Positions 29,641 through 40,419 are shown, counted from the first letter of the stretch. The stretch: DNA of 64,000 nucleotides from Alphaproteobacteria bacterium (GCA_963555825.3 CAUVXB020000002.1:2240001-2304000); one strand, 5' to 3'. Made by a program: numbers and translations. Notes: generated by a model from the sequence alone, not told the origin.

Positions 29641-30696
29641 ATGGCGACTGCAACAGCCGACAACATCCAGATCATCGGTGGCGTCGACACCCACCAGGAC
29701 CTGCACACCGCCGCCGTCGTGAGCCACGACGGAACGGTGCTTGGTACCGAATCGTTCTCCACCACCCGAGCCGGCTACCGGGCGATGCTTCGCTGGTTCC
29801 GCTCTCATGGCGAGCTGCTTCGTGTAGGAGTGGAATCCACCGGTACCTACGGAGCCGGCATCACCCGGCACCTGGCACTCTCGGGTATCCCCGTGCTCGA
29901 GGTGACCGGGCCGGACCCAGCCAGCCGAAGAGCCAAGGGCAAGGACGACGCCCTGGATGCGATCTCCGCGGCCGAGGCGGCGCGCACAAGACGCCGGGTC
30001 CAGGTGGCCAAAGACCGTTCCGGCACCGTGGAAGCCCTGCGGGTGCTGCGAACAACGCGAAAGACGGCAATCAAGTGCCGCCGCGCGGCCCTGCAGCAAC
30101 TCCACAACACCATCGTTGCCGCACCGGAGGAAGTGCGTGACCAGGTCCGCAACCTCACCCGCATGCAGCGCCTGCGTACCTGTGCGGCCTGGAGGCCGGA
30201 CACGGTCGGCTATCGAGACCCGGTGGTCGCGACCAAGCTCTCCCTGAAGTCCCTCGCCCGCAGAATCCTCGACATCAACGACGAGATCGCTGAACTCGAC
30301 CGGTTCATCGTCCCCTTGGTCGAGGAGCTCGCCCCCAGTCTGCTTGAGCTCGAAGGCGTGGGCACCGAGAACGCAGGCGCAGTAATGGTCGCCGTTGGGG
30401 ATAACCCGGATCGGCTCCGCTCCGAGGCGAGCTTCGCCATGATGTGCGGCGTCTGCCCGATCCCCGCATCGAGTGGGAAGACGCAACGCCACCGTCTCAA
30501 CCGCGGAGGCAACCGCCAAGCCAACTCCGCCCTGCACATGGTCGTCGTGTGCCGAATGCGAACCGACGAGCGGACCCGAGCCTATGTCGCTCGCAGGACC
30601 CTGGAGGGGCTGTCCAAACGCGAGATCATGCGCTGCCTGAAGCGTTACGTGGCCCGCGAGATCTACCGCGTACTCACCGCCCCATCGAGTGCTTGA
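29641..30696 (+). CDS. IS110-family DEDD recombinase
   Basis: GGVDTH, GVESTG, KDDALDA, PIPASSGK, RLNRGGNRQAN. Confidence 0.93.
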   Translation: MATATADNIQIIGGVDTHQDLHTAAVVSHDGTVLGTESFSTTRAGYRAMLRWFRSHGELLRVGVESTGTYGAGITRHLALSGIPVLEVTGPDPASRRAKGKDDALDAISAAEAARTRRRVQVAKDRSGTVEALRVLRTTRKTAIKCRRAALQQLHNTIVAAPEEVRDQVRNLTRMQRLRTCAAWRPDTVGYRDPVVATKLSLKSLARRILDINDEIAELDRFIVPLVEELAPSLLELEGVGTENAGAVMVAVGDNPDRLRSEASFAMMCGVCPIPASSGKTQRHRLNRGGNRQANSALHMVVVCRMRTDERTRAYVARRTLEGLSKREIMRCLKRYVAREIYRVLTAPSSA

Positions 30697-31029
30697 CAAA
30701 CATGAGAGCGTCCGGGGAAGCCAGTACTGCTCAGACGCATACCAGGCGCGCCTCGGTGAACTCGGTTTCCTCGCCTCAATGAGCGGTAAGGGAAATTGCT
30801 ATGATAACGCCGTCGTCGAGACCTTCTTCAAAACCATCAAGTCAGAACTGATCTGGAGGACTGTGTTCATGTCAAGAAGCCAAGCTGAAACTGCCATAGA
30901 CGGATACATCGATGGGTTCTATAATCCAGTCCGTCGGCACTCGACGCTGGACTTCACAAGCCCCGTCAAATTCGAGGCAGAAGCAATGCAAACGGTGTAG
31001 GGCGCCTCCACTTTTCCTGGATGGGTCCA

Positions 31030-31851
31030 GTTTATGAGTTTCTGGAAGCGGAAGGCTTCAAGTACGCCATCCGGCTTCCGGCCAACAAGGTGCTGCACGA
31101 CAGCATCGCGCACCTGCTCAAGCGCTCCGTCGGTCGGCCGCCGAAGGAAGTTCGTCGGTATTACGCGAACTTCAGCTATCGGGCCGGTAGCTGGACGGAG
31201 CCCCGCCGGGTCGTCGCCAAGGTGGAGTGGCACTCAGGGGAACTGTATCCCCGCGTCGGCTTCATCGTCACCAACCTGAGCCGTCCTGCCGAGCGGGTTG
31301 TTGCGTTCTACAATCAGCGCGGCACTGCCGAGCAATGGATCAAGGAAGGCAAGAACGCCATCAAGTGGACGCGGCTGTCATGCCGTTCGTTACGCAACAA
31401 TGCCGTCCGGCTCCAGCTGCATGCACTCGCCTATAACCTCGGCAACTTCATGCGTACCCTGGCGTTGCCCGATGCCGTGGAGCAATGGTCGCTGACGACG
31501 CTGAGGGAGAAGCTGGTCAAGATCGGTGCGAAAGTTGTCAGCCATGGCCGGTACGTCACATTTCAATTGGCCGAGGTTGCAGTCACCAGAAGCTTGTTCC
31601 AGAAAATCTTGAGCCTGATTGATGATCTACGACGAAGACCCGCTCCGGCGTAGGCCGAGGGAATCGACGGCAAGGAGATTGCGACACGAGAGGTGTGTCT
31701 GGATGGCAAGAGAAACGACCAAATGGCCTTCCACGCGCTGGCCGATTACCAAAATCATGTCATCGGATGGCTGCAATGGGAACAGAGTTCCCTTGGAGAT
31801 GGGGCCGTGGTACGATTTCCGCGAATTTGGATGTCATCTGGGGAATGTCGG
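31030..31851 (+). mobile_element. IS1380 3' fragment with right end
   Basis: FYNQRGTAEQWIKEGK; tail closely similar to the IS1380 at 32594; ends GGGAATGTCGG. Confidence 0.85.
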
Positions 31852-31994
31852 TCAAGATCGCCGGCACGCTGGTGCATGAATTGATCCACGCTTGCGGGAG
31901 ATTCAATCACGGCGCCGAGTTTGCCGCGGACCGCCTGCCCGCGTGGGCTCGGCGGATCATGGTCAAGCTAGGCCTGCCCTGTACCCACAAGTGA
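31852..31994 (+). pseudogene. C-terminal fragment of an HExxH (SprT-like) metalloprotein
   Basis: IAGTLVHELIHACGRFNHGAEF. Confidence 0.5.
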
Positions 31995-33506
31995 CGCTGG
32001 ACAAACGATTCGAAGATGTCGAGTTTCAAAGGCAATGACGGCAATTTGATGCAGCACTGGGTATTGTGCGAACTATTGGCGGTCGCTCGGAAATACACAA
32101 CCCGCTTGACGTTCATTGACGCCCACTCTATGGCGCCTACCGCCATTCAAAGGACGGAGAAGAAGGCGAATCGTAGACGTAACTTCGATTCAGTATTGGA
32201 AAATTTCCCCGGGCAGGGATCGTCGTACGAACAAGCGTGGCAATCTCTATCGCCCGAACGAGGAACTTATCCGAATTGCGCCAACTTCGTGACGCATATC
32301 TGGAGTCCACCGAGCGTTTGCTCGTTGCTGCTATGCGAGCGTGATGAACAAACAGTGTCCTTGCTGCGTTCGTGGGCTGTCAAGCACAGCGATATCGAAA
32401 TTGAAATCGCGGCCGGAGACTGGCGCACACGGTTCAACCGTGCACTCCCGAAGCAGGAGGGGTTGGTGTTCATCTCATTCGATCCGTACATGTTCAATCG
32501 GCATCGACGTAAGGAGAATCCAGGAAACATGTACCCCGCCGACCTTGACCGGTTGGTCGATGCGACAGGTTCTTTTCCGGAGAATGTTCTAATCCGACAT
32601 TCCCCATATACCATCCAAATTCGTGGAAATCGTACCACTTTCCCACCGCCAAGGGAACTGTATCCCCTATGCAGCCATCCGATGGCATGATTTTGGTAAT
32701 CGGCCCGCGCTTGGAAGGCCACTCGGTCATTTTTCTCGCCATCCAGACACACCTCTCCTGTCGCTTTCTCCTCGCCGTCGATTCCCTCGGCCTACGCCGG
32801 AGCGGGTCTTCGTCGCAGATCATCAATCAAGCTCAGGATTTTCCGGAACAGGTCCCTCGGCACCGCCACCTCAGCCAATTGGAACGTAACGTAGCGGCCA
32901 TGTCGGACAACCTTGGCCCCGATCTTCACCAGCTTGTCGCGCAACGTCGTCATCGACCAGTGCTCCACCTCCTTCGGCAAAGCCAGTGTCCTCATGAAGT
33001 TGCCCAGATTGTAGGCCAGGGCGTGAAGCTGGAGCCGAACGGCATTGTTGCGGAACTTGCGACATGACAGACGGGTCCAGTTGATGGCGTTCTTGCCTTC
33101 CTTGATGTGCTGCTCCGCCGTGCCACGGTGATTATAGAACGCCACCACCCGCTTGGTAGGGCGCGACAGATTAGTGACGATGAAACCGACGCGAGGAACC
33201 AGCTCGCCGGGGTGCCACTCCACTTTGGCCACGACACGGCGCTTCTTGTTCCACGATCCGGCCTGATAGCTGAAGCTGGCGTGGAAACGGCGAACATGGT
33301 CGGGCGGGCGACCGACAGGTCGCGTAAGCAGATGGGCAATGTTCCGCTGGAGAATCGCGTTCGCTTTGAGGCGGATGACGTAGAGTAATCCCTCGGCTTC
33401 GAGATATTCGTATATCTCCGGTGAGGCGAAGGCGGCATCGCCACGAAAATACAGCCGCACCTTCCTTTCCTTATAGCGCATCACCACCGGCTCCAGAACA
33501 TTCCGC

Positions 33507-34881
33507 GAGCTATAACCGAATCTTGTGTACGGCGTTGAAATGAAGGCGGCGTATCCTGGTGATTGTTGATGTCACCACTTGAGCTAAGCCAAGGAAGGAT
33601 ACGCCATGAAAGAGAATACCGTTGTTGCTTTTCAAAACCCATCTGATTTTCAGAAAGATCCGTTGACGGAAGTCCTACAAGCTGGAGCTCGCGAGTTGTT
33701 GGCCCAAGCCGTTGAGGCCGAGGTCTCCGTGTTTTTGGGTAGCCATGCGGCGCTTGTTGACGCCGCCGGCCGCCGCCGGGTTGTCCGCAATGGATATCTG
33801 CCGGAACGCTTCATCCAGACCGGGATCGGCCCGGTGAGCGTGCGCCAACCCCGTGTGCGGGACCGGGGGGACGGCGCCATCCGCTTCACGTCGGCGATCC
33901 TGCCGCGCTATCTGCGCCGCGCCAAGAGCCTGGAAGACCTTTTGCCATGGCTGTATCTGAAGGGCATTTCCACCGGCGACTTCGGGGAAGCCTTGGCGGC
34001 GCTCCTGGGGAGCTCCGCGCCGGGGCTTTCGGCCTCCACGATCACCCGGCTGAAAGAGGTCTGGGGGGTTGAGGCGGAGCGCTGGCAACGGCGCGACCTC
34101 ACGGCCAAGCGCTACGTCTATTTCTGGGTGGACGGCATCTATTTCAGCGCCCGCATGGAGGAAGAGAAGCAGTGCATCCTGGTGATCGTCGGGGCCACGG
34201 ACAAGGGACAGAAGGAACTGATCGCCATCGCCGACGGCTATCGCGAAAGTGAGCAGTCCTGGCTCGAAGTTCTGCTCGATCTCAAGCGGCGCGGCCTTGA
34301 AATGGGTCCGCAACTGGCGCTCGGCGACGGCGCGCTCGGCTTCTGGAAGGCGCTCCGCCAAGTCTACCCAGGCGCCCGCGAGCAACGCTGCTGGGTTCAC
34401 AAGACGGGCAACGTCTTGAACAAGCTGCCCAAGGGTCTGCAAAAGAAAGCCAAGGGGCGCCTGCAAGACATCTGGATGGCCGAAACCAGGAAGGATGCCG
34501 AGAGCGCCTTCGACTTCTTCCTGGAAGCCTACGGGCCGAAGTACGACAAGGCCGCGGCCTGCCTGGCCAAGGACCGCGACGTCCTGCTGACGTTCTACGA
34601 CTTCCCCGCCGAGCACTGGAAGCATGTACGCACGACCAACCCCATCGAGAGCACGTTCGCCACGGTTCGTCTGCGCACCTACCGGACCAAGGGCTGCCTG
34701 TCGCGCAAGACGGCGATGGCCATGGTCTTCAAACTATGCCAGTGCGCTCAGAGAAAATGGAGAAAACTCGATGGATCGAACCATCTCGCCGAGATCATTC
34801 GCGGCGTCAAATTCGTAGATGGAGAACGCCAGGATCGCGCCGCCGCATGATCAGCCCATACACAACTTTTGACAATAGCTC
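33507..34881 (+). mobile_element. IS256-family element
   Basis: 9-bp duplication ACATTCCGC; ends GAGCTAT.. / ..ATAGCTC. Confidence 0.93.
33606..34850 (+). CDS. IS256-family transposase
   Basis: FWVDGIY, LGDGALGF, QRCWVH, RTTNPIES. Confidence 0.93.
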   Translation: MKENTVVAFQNPSDFQKDPLTEVLQAGARELLAQAVEAEVSVFLGSHAALVDAAGRRRVVRNGYLPERFIQTGIGPVSVRQPRVRDRGDGAIRFTSAILPRYLRRAKSLEDLLPWLYLKGISTGDFGEALAALLGSSAPGLSASTITRLKEVWGVEAERWQRRDLTAKRYVYFWVDGIYFSARMEEEKQCILVIVGATDKGQKELIAIADGYRESEQSWLEVLLDLKRRGLEMGPQLALGDGALGFWKALRQVYPGAREQRCWVHKTGNVLNKLPKGLQKKAKGRLQDIWMAETRKDAESAFDFFLEAYGPKYDKAAACLAKDRDVLLTFYDFPAEHWKHVRTTNPIESTFATVRLRTYRTKGCLSRKTAMAMVFKLCQCAQRKWRKLDGSNHLAEIIRGVKFVDGERQDRAAA

Positions 34882-35909
34882 ACATTCCGCCATCCGTCGG
34901 CACTGTGAACATTACCGGGGCGCAGGGAACATCTCTCCAAGTCGCCGAACTGGTTGAACAGGAATAGCGGATGGTAGCAGGTACAGCCGAAGTGACCATT
35001 GTACGCTGTTCCCTCTTGTTCGCCATGGGTCGGGCTGACGCTGCTGTCCATGTCGAGAATGATCATCTTCGGCGGATGGCGGTCATGAACCTTGTCGATC
35101 CACACCCCGTTCATGTCGACCAAGGCTTCAACGTTCTCGTCGGTGGCCAATAGCTCCGTCTCGAAGCGTCCCATCTGGCTGGTGGAAGCGGCCTGTCTTT
35201 CGATGGCCTTGCCGCCAACAATCCAGCGCATGGCGGGATCGCGTCCCAGACGGTCGGCGTCGTTCACATCGTCATAGCCGCCAAGGCGCCCGAAAACGGA
35301 CTGGCGAAACTGACCCGTCATGCCGTGCCATCCGTTCTTGCCGGTACGGCTATCCTGGAAAACACCCTCGGCCATCTCAGTCAGGCCGAGGGCATCGTCA
35401 AGCTCCCGGTAGGCGAGCAACCCGGCATCAGAGGTGATCTTGGAACCGTGGAATTCAAGCTTCAATCGACGGTCAAAAACGACCCGAAGGCACCCCGGTT
35501 TCGATTCACCCATCGGGTGTGCCATATCCGCCGCTCCATGTATGCTACAACTTCATGATTCTTATAGCAGAATCGCCTTCTCGCCGCACTGAATATCGAC
35601 GATACTTGGGAAATGCGGGCTAATACAGCTATCGACCTATGACACCAACGACGATAATGGCCAGAACGCGGTCGCGGAATGCATTCGGTCAGGGCTTGAG
35701 TCTGGCGGATTCGAAGAGGTCGCGATTGTCAAGCCCAGCGCAAAGATGATGTCCCTTCTCTATCAGCGTCGCGTCGACTTCTCCGCAGAATTGACGTCGC
35801 TGCCGTGTCGGTTCCAGACATGGTTCGATGCCATCGAGCGTCGTTTCTGACGCTATGTCGAGTCCGGCCCACTGAGTTGCCTTTGGGCAATTCGGTTTCA
35901 AGCCTCTTA

Positions 35910-37085
35910 TACCAGTGAGCCTATGAAATCACCTTCATGATCCATGGATAGGCGCAGAGGGTTCGCATACGATCCGGTTCTGCGATGAGGTCGATCCATG
36001 CTTGGCAACAGGCGTCGATGATGGCCTCGGTGTCGTCGAGGACGCGGAGCGATAGGAAGCGTTCGCGTAGGTAGAGCCAAACCCGCTCGACGGGGTTGAG
36101 TTCGGGACTGTAAGGCGGCAACAGCGCCAAGGTGACGTTGTCGGGGACGGTGAGGGCGCGCTCGTCGTGCCAACCGGCGCCGTCGCACATCATGACGGCG
36201 TGCGCATCCTGGTCCAGGGTATCGGCGAAGTGTGCGAGAAACAGGTCCATGACCTTGGCGTTGACGCTCGGCATCACCAGGGTGACGTCGTCGCCGGTGT
36301 CCGGGCGCACGGCGGAGAAGATGTAGGCCCACTGGTAGCCGATTTGACGCGTCCCGGGGGCACGCTCGCCCCTGCGCCACCACCGGTGACACACCCGGCC
36401 CTTGTTGCCGACGCGCGCTTCATCCTGAAACCACAGCTGTAGGCGCTTGTCGGGATGCGCCGCGGCGGTCGCCTTCAGGATGTCGCGAAGCCCCCTTTTT
36501 TGAAGCGCTCCTGCGCTTCGGCGTCCCTTCGCGGGTGGCTCGGGCGCGCCTTCTGGCGGGAAAATCCCATCCGCCGTAGAACCCGGGTCATGCTCGAGGG
36601 GTGGTAGGTCTTGGCGAAGCGCTCCTCCAGCCAGCGGCACAGATCGGCCCGGGTCCAGGCGCAAACCCCGTCGCGCTCAGGCTCCGGCCCGGCGATGATG
36701 ACCGCCGCCAGCGCCGCTTCCTCGTCTGCCGTCAGCCGCCGCGGCGAGTAGCCCTTTGGACGGTCGTGAAGCCCCTCCAATCCCTTTGCATTGTAACGAA
36801 CAACCGCGTCGCGAAGCGTTTGGCGATCCATCCCCGCAAGCCGCGCGGCATCAGCCCGGGGCATCTCCTCCAAAGCATTCGCGATCCCATAGGCCCGCGC
36901 CGCCGCTCGACCGTACGATTCCACGCGAGCCCAGCGCCGAAGCTCCAAAGGCGTCAAATCATCCCGTATCTTGAGTGCTGATCCCATGACATCCCCCACA
37001 TCTGGTGGGAGACCATAGAATCACAATCCGCCATCATCCGCCATCAATGAATATCCCGAGAGTCAATTCAGGCGCTCACTGGTAT
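35910..37085 (-). mobile_element. IS630-family element, type B, copy 1
   Basis: TA flanks; ends ATACCAGTGAGC / GCTCACTGGTA; ORFs 36475-36999 and 35921-36664 with an A6G5 slippery site. Confidence 0.92.
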
Positions 37086-37106
37086 TATACTGCCGCGTGG
37101 CCCGGC

Positions 37107-38556
37107 GGAGATGTCCCGGTCGATGTTGAAAAGTTGAGGTAGGTGTCGCTCTCCTGGAGCCGTTAGGCTCCGGGTGCTGCAAACCCAAGAGGGAGAACGA
37201 CACCATGGGAAAGAATATCCGTAGTTCCAGTAGCCCGAAAGCCCTTGCCACCTCGTTTCCTATGCCGCCGCTGGCAGACGCGATGGACGCAGTCCGTCTC
37301 AGCGTGGATCGGTTCTGTCTCCTGGCCGGGGTCGAGGCCTTGGCCGAGATGATGGAGGAGGACGCCACGACCGTGTGCGGGGCCCGACATCGTCGCCATG
37401 GGAACCGTCGGGGTTATCGCTGGGGCCATACGCAGAGCGAGATCGGCTACCACGGCGGCCGCGTGAAAGTGCAGCGGCCACGGGTTCGCGACCATGCTGG
37501 CAAGGAGGTGGGTTTGGAGAGCTGGCAGGTGCTGCGCGATGGCAACCTGCTGCTCGAGTGGGCGCTCAACCTGATGGTCCTGAACGTGTCGACCCGCAAG
37601 TACCACCGCGCGGTCCGTCTGCCCGAGGGCGACCTGGCGAAAGCGCGTGGCGACGGCACCTCGAAGTCGGCCGTTTCCCGGCGCTTTGTGGCGCTGTCGC
37701 GCAAGAAGATGAAGGCCTGGCTCGCCTCGGACCTCTCGGAGCTCGACCTGCGGGTCATCCAGATCGACGGTCTGCATGTCGGCGACCATGTCTTGGTGGC
37801 GGCGATCGGCGTCGATGGCAACGGCGACAAGCATGTCCTGGCCGTGGTCGAGGGGGCGACGGAGAACACTGTCGTCGTCCAGGCCTTGCTCGACAATCTC
37901 CTCGCCAGGGGGCTCGATCCGACGCTGCCCCGGCTGTTCATCGTCGATGGCGCGAAGGCGCTCAGCAAAGCGATCCGCAACACCTTCGGTGTGGCCGCCG
38001 CCATCCAGCGCTGCCAGGTCCACAAGGGCCGTAACATCATCGAGCGCCTGCCCCTGCATTTGCATGCGAGCGTCAAGAAGGCGCTCCGTCAGGCCTGGGA
38101 CCAGGACGACGCAGACAAGGCCGAACGGCTGCTGCGCAACCTGGCCCGGCGTCTGGAGCATGAGGAACCGGGCGTCTCGGGCAGCATCCTGGAGGGGCTG
38201 GACGAGATCCTCACCGTCATCCGCCTCGGCCTGCCGCACGAACTCCGGCGCTCGCTTGCCTGCACCAACATCATCGAGAACGCGCTCGGCACGGTGCGTC
38301 AGGTCACCCGCAACGTCAAACGCTGGAGGAACGCCGAGATGGCGCTCAGATGGACCGCCGCCGGCTTGCTGGAGGCCCAGAAGACCTTCCGTCGCCTCAA
38401 GGCCTATCGTCAGCTGCCCATACTCCGAAACGCTCTCCAGGAGCACTTGAGAAAGGCTCACGCCGACAGTGCCATTGAAACCATCATGAAGGCAGCATAG
38501 CATCATCAACCAGCGATGTCTGCCCCACGAATTTCAACAGAGATAGGGACATCGCC
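37107..38556 (+). mobile_element. IS256-family element
   Basis: 9-bp duplication TGGCCCGGC; ends GGAGATGTCCC / GGGACATCGCC. Confidence 0.9.
37205..38500 (+). CDS. IS256-family transposase
   Basis: IQIDG, FIVDGAKAL, QRCQVH, CTNIIE. Confidence 0.9.
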   Translation: MGKNIRSSSSPKALATSFPMPPLADAMDAVRLSVDRFCLLAGVEALAEMMEEDATTVCGARHRRHGNRRGYRWGHTQSEIGYHGGRVKVQRPRVRDHAGKEVGLESWQVLRDGNLLLEWALNLMVLNVSTRKYHRAVRLPEGDLAKARGDGTSKSAVSRRFVALSRKKMKAWLASDLSELDLRVIQIDGLHVGDHVLVAAIGVDGNGDKHVLAVVEGATENTVVVQALLDNLLARGLDPTLPRLFIVDGAKALSKAIRNTFGVAAAIQRCQVHKGRNIIERLPLHLHASVKKALRQAWDQDDADKAERLLRNLARRLEHEEPGVSGSILEGLDEILTVIRLGLPHELRRSLACTNIIENALGTVRQVTRNVKRWRNAEMALRWTAAGLLEAQKTFRRLKAYRQLPILRNALQEHLRKAHADSAIETIMKAA

Positions 38557-38713
38557 TGGCCCGGCTGGTACAACTGATTGCCACTGTTACACGCCAGTTT
38601 GCCGTTTCCCTTTTCACGTCGTTCTACTTGAACCGATGTGCTGGATGTATTCTACCGCCAAACCAAGTTAATCGCCGCCGGCGCCGACAAGGGAAATTTA
38701 CAGGCATTGCCTG

Positions 38714-38998
38714 ATGTTCACCGTAGTCACCCCCACGACGAGTCTTAGCCTCGACGATCATTTCATAAAGCGTCCTGCGGCGACATTCTTTGTCACGGTC
38801 GAGGGCGGCGGCATGGCCGAACACGGGATCCTTACCGGCGATACCCTGATCGTCGACCGTTCGCGCACGCCGGGCGCTGGCTCCATCGTCATCGCGGTAA
38901 TCGAGGGCGAGTTGACCGCCCGTCCGTTCACCGCCCTTGATGGCGAGGAGGCCCACGTCTGGGGCGTCGTTGCCGGTGTGGTGCGGAGCCTGCCATGA
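38714..38998 (+). CDS. umuD: Short UmuD'-like S24-fold protein lacking the catalytic Ser/Lys
   Basis: ATFFVTVEGGGM, GDTLIVDRS, IVIAVIEGELT, VWGVV; ATGA overlap with umuC. Confidence 0.75.
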   Translation: MFTVVTPTTSLSLDDHFIKRPAATFFVTVEGGGMAEHGILTGDTLIVDRSRTPGAGSIVIAVIEGELTARPFTALDGEEAHVWGVVAGVVRSLP

Positions 38999-40254
38999 GC
39001 ATCTACGGACTGGCCGACTGCAACAACTTCTTCGTCTCCTGCGAAAGGGTCTTCCGTCCCGCGCTCGAGGGCCGTCCCGCCGTGGTCCTGTCATCGAACG
39101 ACGGCTGCATCGTCGCGCGCAGCGACGAGGCGAAGGCGCTCGGCGTCAAGATGGCCCAGCCGGCGTTCCAGGCGAAAGACCTCATCGAGCGGCACAGCAT
39201 TGCCGTCATCAGCGGCAACCTCCAGTTCTATACCGACATGAGCAACCGAGTGATGCAGGTCTTCGGGGAACTGGTCCCGGCGGTAGAGAAATACTCGATC
39301 GACGAATGTTTTCTCGATCTCGCGGGAATACCGCAAGACCTCACGGCATTCTGCCAGGACCTGAAACGCACCGTGCGGCAATGGACCGGGCTGCCGATCA
39401 GCATCGGCATCGCCGAGACCAAGACCCTTGCCAAGATCGCCAACCGTCTCGCGAAGACCTCTGCCAAAACGGACGGCGTTCTCGATCTCACCGGTGAACG
39501 CTGGCGCGACAGGGCGCTGGCGTCAACTGAAGTCGGCGATGTCTGGGGCATCGGCAGGCAGTACGCCAAGAAACTCAACCGTAACGGTGTCATGACGGCC
39601 CTCGATCTGACGAGCCGTCCCGATGGCTGGATCCGCAAGGAGATGGGCGTCGGCGGGCTGAAGACGGTGCGGGAATTGCGCGGAGAGGACTGTATAGGCT
39701 TCGATGACATGCCCCAGCCCAAGCAGACGACGATGGTCTCGCGATCCTTCGGCACGGAAGTGCGCGACTACGACAAGTTGTCCAATGCGATCACCATGTT
39801 CGCGACCGATGCGGCGCGCTCCATTCGCACGGCCAATCTCGTCGCCTCGTCGACGAGCGTGTTCATCGAGACCAACCGTTTCGGCAAGAGCCCGCACCAT
39901 GCTCCGTCCCGCTCGGAGGCGCTGTCGCCCGCGACCAATAACACGAAGCATATCGTGCGAGCCGCGCTGGCCGCTCTGAAGCACATCTACCGCGAGGGGC
40001 TGGCGTACAAGCGCGCCGGGGTGATGCTGCTCGACCTCGTAGAAGCCGGCCGGGCGCCAATCTCGCTATTCGATACGCAGGATCCAAGGGACGACAAGCT
40101 GATCGAAGCGTTCGACGCCATCAACGACCGGCTGGGGCCGGGAGCGATCCAATTCGGCCCCGCGGCGCAGGGCGCGGCCTGGCGATCGAGCAGCGCCTTC
40201 CGCTCGCCCTTCTACACAACCCGTTGGGAAGACATCCCGAAGGTTAAAACCTGA
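38995..40254 (+). CDS. umuC: Y-family DNA polymerase V catalytic subunit (UmuC-like)
   Basis: LADCNNFFVSCE, VVLSSNDGC, YSIDE, SPFYTTRW. Confidence 0.93.
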   Translation: MSIYGLADCNNFFVSCERVFRPALEGRPAVVLSSNDGCIVARSDEAKALGVKMAQPAFQAKDLIERHSIAVISGNLQFYTDMSNRVMQVFGELVPAVEKYSIDECFLDLAGIPQDLTAFCQDLKRTVRQWTGLPISIGIAETKTLAKIANRLAKTSAKTDGVLDLTGERWRDRALASTEVGDVWGIGRQYAKKLNRNGVMTALDLTSRPDGWIRKEMGVGGLKTVRELRGEDCIGFDDMPQPKQTTMVSRSFGTEVRDYDKLSNAITMFATDAARSIRTANLVASSTSVFIETNRFGKSPHHAPSRSEALSPATNNTKHIVRAALAALKHIYREGLAYKRAGVMLLDLVEAGRAPISLFDTQDPRDDKLIEAFDAINDRLGPGAIQFGPAAQGAAWRSSSAFRSPFYTTRWEDIPKVKT

Positions 40255-40419
40255 GCACCGACAGACCCGGGCGTCGATCCTGGGCCGGCCCACAAGCGTG
40301 GACATTACCCAACAGGCGCGCAGCCTCCGCCAGATCCTGACGCGCCGGCGAGAGAATGAGAATGGGCCCTTTCGGGCGGCGGGAAAGAGCGCGAGAGAAC
40401 AGCTTTCGCTGCCCCGCCG

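Larger units (their letters stand above)
29350..30710 (+). mobile_element. IS110-family element with a long 5' non-coding region
   Basis: No terminal inverted repeats; AGCG shared at both junctions; TTGACA near the right end; DEDD recombinase. Confidence 0.9.
28767..31000 (+). pseudogene. IS3 transposase OrfB split at the HHSD|RGSQY catalytic motif
   Basis: WAADISYI and VIHHSD before the insert; RGSQY and GNCYDNAVVETFF after it. Confidence 0.9.
28413..31029 (+). mobile_element. IS3-family element interrupted by an IS110
   Basis: Terminal inverted repeats TGGACCC..AAAGTGGAG / CTCCACTTT..GGGTCCA; orfA plus split orfB; no target duplication. Confidence 0.9.
32594..35619 (-). mobile_element. 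IS1380-family element interrupted by IS256
   Basis: CTAAT 5-bp duplication; ends CCGACATTCCC / GGGAAATGCGGG; transposase halves at 34891-35525 and 32792-33506. Confidence 0.92.
32016..35850 (+). pseudogene. RlmJ-like SAM-dependent methyltransferase (~267 aa) split by IS1380
   Basis: 32016-32593 and 35625-35850 rejoin in frame across the CTAAT duplication; motifs SFKGN..NL.QH, FIDAHS, LLLCE, VFISFDPY. Confidence 0.6.

Noticed and set aside
38566-38713. LexA box upstream of umuDC
   Set aside because: No match found to GTTC-N7-GTTC or CTG-N10-CAG; GTTCTACTTGAAC has the wrong geometry
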